Source of the DNA: Hemiscyllium ocellatum
Taxonomy: Eukaryota
Length of the DNA: 64,000 nucleotides
Direction of reading: 5' to 3'
NCBI RefSeq assembly: GCF_020745735.1
Contig: NC_083401.1
Coordinates: 129,701,740 to 129,765,739, forward strand
Part shown: in pieces, positions 51,522 to 62,790 of the stretch
How positions within the stretch are numbered: the first letter of the stretch is position 1
How the letters are laid out: every line of letters begins with the position of its first letter
Translations under genes and position numbers: made by a program
Notes under the pieces: generated by a model
The model's database searches: none
What the model saw: the letters and a program-made list of their open reading frames with translations, nothing else
Told to the model about the DNA's origin: nothing

Positions 51522-53257
51522 CAATAGTCAATAGGTGCAGGAGTAGGCCATTCAGCCCTTCGAGCCTGCACTGCCATTCAATGGCTGATCATTCCTAATT
51601 AGTATCCTCTTCCTGCCTTATCTCCATAACCCTTGATTCCACTGTCTTTAAGAGCTCTATCCAACTCTTTCTTAAATGAATCCAGAGACTGGGCCTCCAC
51701 TGCCCTCTTGGGCAGAGCATTCCACACAGCCACCACTCTCTGGGTGAAGAAGTTTCTCCTCATCTCTACCCCATATTTTTAAGCTGTGTCCTCTGGTTTG
51801 GCACTCACCCATCAGCGGAAATATGTTTCCTGCTGCCAGAGTGTCCAATTCTTTCATAATCTTATGTCTCAATCAGATCGCCTCTCAGTCTTCTAAACTC
51901 AATGTTATACAAACCCAGTCGCTCCAGTCTTTCAGTGTAAGGTAATCCCACCATTCCAGGAATTGACCTTGTGAACCTACGCTGCACTCCCTCAATAGCC
52001 AGAATGTCTTTACTCAAATTTGGAGACCAGAACTGCACACAGTACTCCAGGTGTGGTCTCACCAGGGCCCTGTACAGCTGCAGAAGCACCTCTTTGCTTC
52101 TATATTCAATTCCTCTTGTTACGAAGGCCAGCATGCTATTAGCCTTCTTCACTACCTGCTGTACCTGCATGCTTGCTTTCATTGACTGGTGTACAAGAAC
52201 ACCCAGATCTCTCTGTACTGCCCCTTTACTACCTCAATGGAATCAATTTAGGTAATCTGCCTTCCTGTTCTTGCCACCAAAGTGGATAACCATACATTTA
52301 TCCACATTAAACTGCATCTGCCATGCATCTGCCCACTCACCTAACTTGTTCAGGTCACCCTGTAATATCCTAACATCCTCATCACATTTCACCCTGCCAC
52401 CCAGCTTTGTATCATCAGCAAATTTGCTCATGTTATTGCTGATATCATCTTCTATATCATTTACATATATTGTAAAAAGCTGCGGTCCCAGCACGGATCC
52501 CTGCGGTATCCCATTGGTCACTGCCTGCCGTTCCGAAATGGAGCCGTTTATCACTACCCTTTGTTTCCTATCAGCCAACCAATTTTCAATCCAATCTAGT
52601 ACTTTGCCCCCAAAACCATGTGTCCTAATTTTACTCACTAACCTCCTGTGTGGGACTTTATCAAAAGCTTTCTGAAAGTCCAGGTACACTACATCTACTG
52701 GATCTCCCTCGTCCATCTTCAGAGTTACATCCTCAAAACATTCAAGAAGATTAGTCAAGCATGATTTCCCCTTCATAAATCCATACTGACTCTGTCCTAT
52801 CCTGTTACTACTATCCAGATGTGCCGTAATTTCCTCCTTTATAATCGACTCCAGCATCTTTCCCACACTGAGGTCTATAATTTCCTGCTTTCTCTCTCCC
52901 ACCTTTCTTAAAAAGTGGTATAACATTAGCCACTGTCCAATCCTCAGGAACCGACCCCGAATCTATCGAACTCTGGAAAATAATCACCAACGCATCCACG
53001 ATTTCCCGAGCCACCACCTTCAGTACCCCGGATGTAGTCCATCAGGCCCTGGAGACTTATCAACCTTCAGACCTAACAGTCTCTCCAACACCAAATCCTG
53101 GTAAATATAGATTCCCTTAAGTTCAGGTCCTTCAGCCACTGTTACCTCAGGGAGATTGCTCGTGTCTTCCCCAGTGAACACAGATCTGAAGTACCCATTT
53201 AATTCTTCTGCCATTTCTTTGTTCCCCGTAATATATTCCCCTGTTTCTGTCTTCAGG
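51522..53257 (-). mobile_element. CR1 LINE of a different subfamily, 5'-truncated
   Basis: [57 protein letters not shown]. Confidence 0.95.
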
Positions 53258-55755
53258 GGAAGAGGGAATCAAACTCTCATGACTAGGAAATGAGAGAAAC
53301 AGCTAAGTCGAGCATGCAGATGTCATAGTGTTGGGAGTTCTCAGTACTGTAGAGGATTGCTATTAGATAATGGTGTTTTTTGCTGTTTCACAATCTTTCA
53401 TTTACTTATCACTTATTTTGTGTAATCTAAGTCCGATCTGCAGCATTGCACACTTGTGGTTTGGTGAAAGGCCACTTTGCTTTTTTCAAAGAAAATCAAA
53501 ATATAATCCATGAAGCTAGATTTTAGTCTGGGATCTGAATTGTCCAGTAATAACATAAGCTTAAATCATTGCAATACTCCACTGTCAGGGAGGTATTTCT
53601 TTCTGCTACTATCTGTGAATGGAACAATTGGTGACCGTGTTCTTGAGAGAAGCTGAGCCACTGACTACGTGTGTATTACTGTGTCCTGGCCAAATATTTG
53701 AAGATATCAAGATGACCCTGGGCAATCTTCAGGATGATATCCAGATGCAGACATCATGGGATCAGCAAACGCTCATCTTGGAGCAAGCGCTGATCCCTGA
53801 TGTAGATGTGTGACTTTGGATCCTGGGTAGCATCTTTGTGATTTATTTTGCATTCAGTAGTTAATAAAAATTTATGGTCAGTTTCCATTGTAAATGGTAG
53901 TCTTAAGGCAGAGTCAGTTTTCTTTCATGCCCAGGTTGTAGCAAGTAGTTCTTTCTTTCCTGTTGAATGTAGCCATTTTGTTTCAGTCAGTACCTTTGCA
54001 GTGTCATATTATCCCTTGAATTTGGAGTGAAATTGCTCACAGATTTGTGGACAATGCATCTGCCATTACAGTAGGAAGAAGTTCCGACCTCTTGAAGGTA
54101 TGTGCATCTTTTTAATTTGGTCAAATTATGATTGTTGATATTCAGTCAGCATCAAGCCTGATCTCTCTCTTCAAAATTGTCATTGAGGTGTATTTAGTTG
54201 AGCAAAGTGATGCAAAGGTTTGTAACCATTGTGGTTCACAACAGTCATAAGCTTTTGACACAGCCACTGCAGGGATATGGGTGGTCGGTGCCTTTTTTGA
54301 CACACTTCCCTGCTTACTGCAGTGGTGCTGTCTTGGTTCTGCACCTTCTCAGGTGAGTGACTTGGAATGGCTTACACCTGCTATGCTCTTGTTGATTCTG
54401 TTTCAAGCCCTGTACATTCTGGAAACTCCCTGGACAGAGTTCATTACTCAACTTGAGCTGATGTCGTGTCCCCTCTGGTGCTGTTTGTACTTGTCCCTGG
54501 ACTGTTGTTGCAGTTTTCCTTTCCTTCGTCAATTGTTTGGCTGGCCTTGCAGTCCACCACCTACTGATGCTGCTGCTGGGCTTTTTCATCGCACGTATTG
54601 CTGCTTTTCTGAATTTCCTCACCATTTGTTATTATATGAATATCGTTAGCAGCTTGTAGTGGTTGGACATACAAGAACTAAACATCAAGCCAGTGCAAAT
54701 TATTAACTTTTATGAAGTAAAAATTTCATTTAAAATCAACTCGCTTAACATTGTTGACCTTGAAAGGAGATAATTAGTGCATATGTATTTATTTTGAAGA
54801 ATACTTACGGTGTAGAAGGAGACAATTCATCATCATCTATCTACATATTTTTTCTGAGCATTTTAACTTTATGCTGTCCTTTTCCCATAATCCTGCCCAA
54901 TTATTCAGCTTACATAACTTTCCAATCCAGTCTTGAATGCCTCAGTTGAACCTGCATCCACCACATTTCCATCTAATCTCAGAGTTGCTCAATGTAGGTA
55001 ATCCTACCAGCTGATACCTGCAGACTTCCTAAATGTCTGCCCCTAGATGGCACCTGGTCAGCCTAACTGTAGTGTAGTGTACTGTAAGCGAGTAATCCTT
55101 TTAAAACACTAATGTATTGCACGGTGTGTGGTATTTATCCACATTTTGTGATTTGTATTTTTTAAAGTTACTTCAATTTGAAATACACGGTAAGTCACAC
55201 ACAGCACAGTATTTTCATCTGTACAGTTTTTTTCCAGGTCAAAAGTTCTGCAAGTACCGAGCACTGGCTTTGACGTTGATCCATGCTTTGCTTAGTTGTT
55301 TTGTTTAAAGTCATAATTCTCAGGAACACAATCGCACCTTTAAGTGAGGGATCCCTATTTACTCAATCATGGTAAAGCAGGGCTTTGCTACTGCCATCTT
55401 CTCTCGATATAAAGTTGTACTCATCCACTTTCAGCTGACATATTGTACTTGTTTGTGACATTTAAACAATTTATATAGCTGGGCTCCCAATGTTCTTTAG
55501 ATCTCCACCATTCCCAGCTGTTCACCATTTAAGGAGGTCAGAGGGGTACAGGGGGTCTAATATAACTGGTTGGTAAGTTTTGGTTTTTTTCAGCACTGCC
55601 TCTTGGAAATACTCCATGCCCCTTGCCATCTACCAGAAGGTTCAACCATAGAGATAAAATCCTCTTCCCAATCAGCTGTGTAGGAAAGTTTGATTTTATT
55701 TTCAATTCTGTTTGTACTTGAATTAATTTATCTTTTTGTTTCTTTTTGTAAATAG

Positions 55756-55947
55756 ACTGTAATGAATATGGTAAGGTATTCCAGTCTCCAGATTTTACTG
55801 TTAAATGGTCTGCTGATTGCTGAAAGGGCTGGCATTTTTACAACAAGAACAGTACACGAGCTCCTTTGGGGTTACAAAGATCCAGTACTTTCAGCCATCC
55901 ACTTCTTCAAAAAGGACATTGATAATGAATTTGGGCTCTATTATAAG
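55756..55947 (+). CDS. SCARB2: LIMP-2 coding exon 4 (apical helical bundle)
   Basis: tttttgtaaatAG|ACT GTA ATG...TAT AAG|GTatgt; 192 nt; ...IFTTRTVHELLWGYKDPVLSAIHFFKKDIDNEFGLYYK. Confidence 0.96.
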
Positions 55948-56471
55948 GTATGTCATTTCTCAAGTTTTTTATTGGTGAAGAATTTGCAAAGTTGAAAATG
56001 CACAGCAATTCTGCTAACGTTTTGAAGAAAGACTGGAAACTTTAAAAGTCTGGTTTTGATGATAGTGTGCAAGTCAGTGCTGACCTCCTTAACCTTCAGA
56101 TCATGATAGTCTGATCCACCCCCTAATCATTTTGTGTGTGGGTGGCTTGTTGCTTGGTACTGCTGATTTGAGTGATACTTTAGGAAGCTACCCTGCAAGT
56201 TGTAATTAGATCTTGAAGCCATGGAGCCCTCTACTCAAAGAAAAATGCACGCATGAGGTTGCATTCACGATTTCAGCGGTGACCTGGAATTTTGTTCTTT
56301 ATGAAAAGAGCATTTTTTTTCAGCTGAACTGGGGGCACAGGGAACGATCAACAGTTGTGGAGTTCCCACAGTTGTGTGTAGAAACGGGGGTCAGGAAGAG
56401 AAAAAGATTCTCTGCCTTCTCAGTTTGTTCTTGTAGAAAGTTAGCCTGACTGCATGAAATCAGATGTATGC

Positions 56472-56775
56472 ACTTGAAAGTATCACTTTTATTTTTAAAA
56501 AATCTCAGTTTTTCCAAATTATTTTGCCGTCGATGTTTATATTTTAGTTTCTCGGTGTGTTGCAATGTTCCAACAAAGCACGACATCAAGAAATAAGAGC
56601 TTCAGAAATTGGCCGCATTATGATTGTCCTCCCACTTTCTTTCTTGCATTTTCTTCTCCCTACAGCCCCAATACCACACTCTTGGCTTGTTTATTTGCTC
56701 ATAGAGGACCCATTCACTCCTTTTCACATTTACACCCATTTTGCATCTCTCTTTCTCTTTGACCACCATTAACTA
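56472..56775 (+). repeat. Left arm of ~300-bp inverted duplication (SCARB2 intron 4)
   Basis: Reverse complement of 57873-58174; 6 substitutions and 3 small indels by hand alignment. Confidence 0.97.
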
Positions 56776-57178
56776 CCTCTTTGTCTTCTGCACTGTGGAT
56801 CTGTGCCATCTGCTCCTTGATCCTCCTCCGCCTCTATGAAAACTATTATAAAATCACCATTTTCCAACACCTTTCAGTTCTGAAGAATGTTGTTTTTCTC
56901 TCCACGGATGCTGCCAGACTTGAGTTTCTCCAACAGTCTTTATTTGTTGTACAGTATATTTTTAAGTTGTGTGCTCTTTTTATGGACTGACTGGATGAGT
57001 CTGTACACTATTATGTTTCATTTTTGATTCTTGAACTAATTTTGTGTGGAAGCACGGGTTAATTTAAATGATTAGAATTGCGTTTGGAAAGGTTTCTGAC
57101 CTGGATGGTCAAGTGATTTACTTTGTGTATCTGTTTGCCTGGCAGTCATTGGTTGTAATGTGTTCTTGTACTTTTCAG

Positions 57179-57270
57179 ATGAATGGGACAGATGATGGTG
57201 AATATGTTTTTCTCACTGGGCAAAAAAGTTATAAAAATTTTACGACCATTGTTGAATGGAGAGGTAACAA
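57179..57270 (+). CDS. SCARB2: LIMP-2 coding exon 5
   Basis: cttttcAG|ATG AAT GGG...AAC AA|GTaagt; 92 nt; MNGTDDGEYVFLTGQKSYKNFTTIVEWRGNK. Confidence 0.97.
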
Positions 57271-57627
57271 GTAAGTGTTTTTTTTTCTTTTTGTTTCCAA
57301 TTGAGGATTAATAATCTACCGAATTTGACAACGTGCAAACCCGAACAAAGTGTTGCTGATCTGGCAGCTTTAAACTCTGGCTAGATTCCTGTCAATCAAT
57401 TTCTGGTGTACTGTTAATGCTGGCATTTTACGGGAACATGTACAGAACTATCCATTAAATGTTTTGACAATGTAACGCACAGATCTGTTTTGTGAAAGCA
57501 TCAATTGTAGTGCATGGTGCAAATTGATGGTTGCTGTTCCTTTTTTGTGCTGTTCTAATGCAAGTCTTTTTTTCGGGCTGGTTTTGTGTTTCTCCTACCC
57601 CTCCCTCAATTTTTATAAAATGTTTAG

Positions 57628-57747
57628 GTCATTGGACTGGTGGACAACAGGTGCATGCAATATGATCAATGGGACTGATGGAACCTCTTTCCACCCATTG
57701 ATAACCAAAAATGAAACGCTGCGCTTCTTTTCTTCAGACCTTTGCCG
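57628..57747 (+). CDS. SCARB2: LIMP-2 coding exon 6
   Basis: tgtttAG|G TCA TTG...TGC CG|GTaagc; 120 nt; SLDWWTTGACNMINGTDGTSFHPLITKNETLRFFSSDLCR. Confidence 0.97.
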
Positions 57748-57872
57748 GTAAGCTATTTCTTCCATTTTCTTTTGGTTTTCTTTTAAAATTCAGCTAATGT
57801 GCAAAGCTGATAGTAGCAGGAACTTGCATTTATAGAGTGACTTCTAATGTAGTAGCACATGCTCGTGTTTCC

Positions 57873-58174
57873 TAGTTAATGGTAGTCAAAGAGAAAGAGA
57901 GATGCAAAATGGGTGTAAATGTGAAAAGGAGTGAATGGGTCCTCTATGAGCAAATAAACAAGCCACGAGGGTGGTGTTGGGGCTGTAGGGAGAAGGAAAT
58001 GCAAGAAAGTGGGAGGACAATCATCATGCGGCCAATTTCTGAAGCTCTTATTTCTTGATGTCGTGCTTTGTTGGAACATTGCAACACACCGAGAAACTAA
58101 AATATAAACATCGACGGCAAAATAATTTGGAAAAACTGAGATTTTTTTAAAAAATAAAAGTGATACTTTCAAGT
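57873..58174 (-). repeat. Right arm of ~300-bp inverted duplication (SCARB2 intron 6)
   Basis: Reverse complement of 56472-56775. Confidence 0.97.
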
Positions 58175-59571
58175 AATCGGACACATATTGGCACCAAACC
58201 AAAGGACATCTAAAAGCTTTGCCAAAGAGAAGTGTTTTAAGGGGTGAGTTAAAGGAGGAAGGAGAGATACTGAAACAAGAGAATTGGAAAGGAAATGCCT
58301 GATCTTAGGATATAGAAAGAAAGGTACCTAATACTGGGAGTGACAGAAATGTGGGATATGCAAGTGGCCAGAATTGTGGAGCGCAGGTAGATCATGGTGG
58401 TTTTTAGGAGTGAACAAGTTAGAAAGGCAGGGAGAACATGGTCACAAAGGCATGTGGACACCTTTTCTTTAAACTCTTGGATATCTTTTAATTCTTTCTT
58501 TTTATCCCTTTCCTGCTCTTTTTTTTTCCCATTGCCACCTCAAGTTTTAATGTTTTGTTTTGTGAATACCGCAGTAAAACACTGAAGAAAATAAGGCTGG
58601 AGCTGAAGCCGAAGCCACCTTTTCTTCCAGTTCCAGGAAACTGGCTTCTATCCCAGAACCACAACACAAGCTCCACATGGTGCTCCAAGCACAAAGCTGA
58701 GCCTGAATAACCCTAAACCTCTGAATCTATCTGACACGCGCTAGAGTAGAATGCACTCAGTTTGCTGCTCACTTTGTATGTTATTATGAATAATGTCCAT
58801 GATGCAGGAATACACGATACACTGAGGACCATCTCTAATTTCCTGACACTGGTATTCATCATTTTGCTGATCTAAATGATCTTATGGATCAATAATTCAT
58901 GCAGCAGTTTAAAAATAAAATAATACCAAGGTAATTTTCAAATGACAGCCATTGGAAAGAAATTCTGGGAAGTTTCTCCTTCAATGTAAAGTCCTTACTT
59001 CCTTGCTTTATATTTATTTATAGCCTGTGTCCCCCTAGGAGGAGACCTGTGCAACCTGACCTTGTTGCTTTACTGTATCTGTCTGCATTCTCTTCAGAAT
59101 ATGTTCAATTATTTCTTCTTGGACATTTTTCAAGAAACATTTTAGTAAATTGATTCAATAATATGCCAATGTGGTGCCTTGAAATATTTATTATCTTAAA
59201 GCTACTTTATTATGCAAATTGTTAACTTTCTGAACTTCTCTATTTCAAAAATAGATAATATCCATGACCAGGATCTTCATATACATAGTCACTAAAGCAG
59301 TTCAGTTCTGTACAGTAGCATATGAACAAACAAACATTGGACGTTCTCCTCCCATCCTCCACACACTTTAACCACTTTAAAGAGGAGCATATCTTTTTGG
59401 GATGGTGCAAGGGGAGCAGATAAGAACACTCTGCAATCCCCTTTGAAAGCCACAGTTTTTTGTGTGTCTTTGGAATTCCATGCAATTCCCAAACTGTTGG
59501 GAATGGCAAGAGTCTGACACATTGATATGGCTTGTTTCAGGTCCTTTGGCACTGAATTGCAGTTTGACCTA

Positions 59572-59886
59572 GGCGGCGCGGTGACACAGTGGCTAGCACT
59601 GCTGCCTCACAGCGCCAGGGACCTGGGTTCAATTTCCGCCTCAGGCAACTGACTCTGTGGAGTTTGCATATTCTCCCCATGTCTGAGTGGGTTTCCTCCG
59701 GGTGCTCCGGTTTCCTCCCACAGTCCAAAAGTGTGCAGGTCAGGTGAATTGGCCATGCTGAATTGTCCGTAGTGTTAGGTGAAGGGGTAAATGTAGGGGA
59801 ATGGGTCTGGGTGGGTTCCGCTTCACTGGGTCGGTGTGGACTTGTTGAGCCGAAGGGCCTGTTTCCACACTGTAACTAATCTAATT
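59572..59886 (+). mobile_element. HE1-type SINE, full length
   Basis: ggcggcgcggtgacacagtggctagcactgctgcctcacagc...gggttcaatttcc...ctaatctaat. Confidence 0.95.
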
Positions 59887-60473
59887 AAATATATTATTGT
59901 TTGGCTCCCATTCTCTCAAATAATTGTTGCCTTGAGCATGCCAACCCATCCTAGTTCAAACCCAACTTGTGTGGAGCTGCCTTACCTTGTGGGAAGTGTA
60001 GTGGACCAGGAGGAGGACGTCCATTTCTTGATCCTGTACATCAGGTGACAGTGAAAAACCTCCATCAGTTTGAGCCACTGGATGCCTGTGGAACTTCACC
60101 ACAAGAACCTCAGGGGAACAGGCAACAAATATAATGGCTGTAATGTTTTGGGCACTTGCATTGTAAAATGCTTTTTAGCAAATGACATCCAGGTTACGCT
60201 TCAGTTTACACTGAACTGCTGTGTCAATATGAAGTTGTCATTGTAAAATAAGCAAATCACCATTGTCTGCTTTTTAAAATTGACCATTTTAAGCAGGTAA
60301 CACCCTCGTGTATACTGTTAGTCTCTCTAAATATTACGAAGCAACTTCTGGTTCAAAGTTTGTGTTCGATAACACTGGCGCAGAACGCAACTCATTCTGT
60401 ACTGTCTTGTCAATCTTTTTGAAAGTAAGAGGAGTTTGACTAATTATGCTTTTTTGAAAATTTTTCTTAATAG

Positions 60474-60652
60474 GTCTCTCTATGCCAATTTTGAGCAGGA
60501 GCTTCGTGTCAAAGGGATACCAGTTATGCGATTTGTGCCGCCAAATGAGGTTTTTGCCAATGTTACAGTCAACCCAGAAAATGCAGGTTTCTGTGTTCCA
60601 GCTGGAAACTGCCTGGGATCAGGTGTATTGAACATCAGCACTTGCAAGCAAG
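60474..60652 (+). CDS. SCARB2: LIMP-2 coding exon 7
   Basis: ttcttaatAG|G TCT CTC...CAA G|GTaact; 179 nt; [16 protein letters not shown]...[26 protein letters not shown] (LIMP-2-type [16 protein letters not shown]). Confidence 0.97.
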
Positions 60653-61516
60653 GTAACTGATTAAAGTCCCATGTTCCCTGTTGGAAGGAACAGAGTTCTA
60701 TTTGAAGGGAAGTTCTGGATCCTTCAAGATAAAGTTAAAGATTTTGTGGACTAACAGTACAAAAGGAGGCTGGTTAGCTCCACTGCCAGACAGCGAGGGT
60801 GTGGTTGAGCATGATGCCAACCGTGCATTCCTGTCTTTGCTGAGGTAGGTTTAGGACCTCTTCCTTTATCCCGCCCTTTAGCACGATGATGGTGTTAGGC
60901 TTGGTTAAGTTAGCATAAATAATCGTGTAGTACCTGAAGAAGAAAGGTATTACAGTTCCAGTGTGTTAAGATTTGTCATCTGGGAAGCATTTATTATGAA
61001 GAAGTTGTGATGTTACCAATAGTAGGTCAGAGTGCAATTTGTGTGGGAGTTCAAACTGGCAAGTATTGCAACCTGTGGTTGCACTTGCAGAACTCACCTT
61101 TAACAATTGTGTTTATAAGATATTGCAACTTAGGCTAAGTCCCACTGAAAAGGTCAATGGAATTTTGCAAATTGACTGCCTGAGGGTATTTAGCACTTGA
61201 AATGGTCTCAGCTGACTCAGGTCAGCATGTTACAACCAGGCCAGCCTGTCGATAATGTCACCGCTTGTATTGAGAGTGCATGTTTCTCTGTTCCTGGAAA
61301 CCTAACTAGGTTCAGTGCATATGGTGAGCTGCTATACAAATCAACTAAGCTAATCTTCCTCTTTTAATTTGAGTAAAGTGTGAGTTTAATTTGTGCAGTC
61401 ACTAAATATGTAGTAGTTACACTATAAATGAAAAGACACCTTATTTACAAAAGACAATACTATATAGGCACACTCGATCAATTAATGCTTTATTTTTCTC
61501 TCCTTGGCTACAATAG

Positions 61517-61635
61517 GGGCCCCTATCATTCTTTCATCTCCACACTTCTACCAGGCAGATCAAAAATTTATTGATGATATTGAAGGAATGCATCCAAACA
61601 AGGCGAATCATGAAACATTTCTGGACATAAATCCT
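61517..61635 (+). CDS. SCARB2: LIMP-2 coding exon 8
   Basis: Not in the ORF track. caatAG|GG GCC CCT...AAT CCT|GTaagt; 119 nt; APIILSSPHFYQADQKFIDDIEGMHPNKANHETFLDINP. Confidence 0.97.
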
Positions 61636-61679
61636 GTAAGTAAACGTGGTTAACTTCATAAAAAAATAGAACCGAGCAA

Positions 61680-62510
61680 CATTATATAAAAGAAAAGGAG
61701 CAGCAGAGTGCCACTGGTCCTTCAAGCCTACTCTGGCATTCATTATGATCATTGCGGATCATCCAACTGTTCTTGGTCACTGACAATTTGCAATACAGTG
61801 CACGATGTGTGGGTTGTAATCTAAAAATTGTAACTTTCAAAGTGATGTATGAAAATGTTAACAATGTGCAGGAGTAGATCATGCAGCTCCTTGAGCCTGC
61901 TCTGTCACTTTATAGGTCGTGATTGGTCTGACTGTAAGCACTAATCCCTTTTTGTGCCTGCACATGGTAACTTTTCACCATCATCCCCCTGCGCCTTGCT
62001 TGACAAAAATGTATTCAAGGACTGTCTTCTCCAAAAACGTGATGGAAGCAGAGTATCAAAACATCTGGATGCTCTGACCGTAAAAGCTTTGCCTCCAGTG
62101 TTTTAGATGTTCAGTCCCATATTGTTAAGCAGTCACCCACAATTGTAGATTGTCCTATAATTCTCCTCATCTACCTCTCAATACCCTCCTTATTTCAATC
62201 AAATTGTCTGTCATTGTTCAAAACTTCTGCAGATACAAGCCCAGCCTGTCCAGCCATTTCTCCTAACAAAATTAGTCCAGTATTAGTCTCTTAAAACTTT
62301 TCTCTGAACTGCTTCCAACAAAATTACATCCATCCATAACTAAGGTGACCAGTGCTGTACATAGTACTTCAATACAGTCTCGCCAGTGCTCTATCTAACT
62401 GAAGCATAATCTCCCTACTTTTAATTCTCTTGCAATTAATAACATTCTGTTAACATTTCTAATATTTGCTGTACTTGCATACTAACCATTTGTGAATCAT
62501 GCACTTGGTC
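61680..62510 (-). mobile_element. Old CR1 3' fragments
   Basis: ggagtagatcatgcagctccttgagcctgctc; gaccagtgctgtacatagtacttcaatacagtctcgccagtgc (LYRALxRxxLxYxVQ-like on the minus strand). Confidence 0.6.
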
Positions 62511-62529
62511 ATTATAACCAACACCTAAT

Positions 62530-62790
62530 TGAGAATCTGGAAAACTCTTGAGTGGTTGGAGCCGTCCATCATCTCCGCTCCAGGCCACCTTGCAGGAGTT
62601 CTTAAGGACAGCATGCTAGCCAAACCATCTTCGTCTGCTTCATCAATGACTTTCCCTCCATAGTAAGGGCAGAAGTAGGAATAATGGCTGCTGATTGTAC
62701 CATGTTTAGCACGATTCACGACGACTCGGATACTGAAGCAGTTAATATGCAAACTCAACAAGACCCGGGCAATATCCCGGTTTGGGATGG
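62530..62790 (+). mobile_element. Decayed LINE RT fragment
   Basis: GVLKDSMLAKPSS...FINDFPSIV...MAADCTMF (QGS.LGP / FADD-like). Confidence 0.5.

Noticed and set aside
14566-52675. Many 100-180 aa ORFs such as 14566-15099, 19182-19553, 49868-50374 and 52271-52675
   Set aside because: Antisense or off-frame readings of CR1 ORF2 that recur in every copy; not host genes.
56557-58202. Similar ORFs on opposite strands (MFQQSTTSRNKSFRNWPH...)
   Set aside because: By-product of the inverted duplication; frames differ between the arms and there is no splice or homology support.
4662-59728. Recurrent ORFs like MVAQWLALLPHS... and tRNA-like A/B boxes
   Set aside because: HE1 SINE sequence; neither proteins nor tRNA genes.
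4780-59886. 8 of 9 HE1 SINEs on the minus strand
   Set aside because: Small sample, and the orientation is sense in FAM47E but antisense in SCARB2, so there is no coherent signal.
23701-61635. Alternative identity as CD36 or SCARB1
   Set aside because: [34 protein letters not shown], the exon sizes and FAM47E adjacency all fit SCARB2 better.
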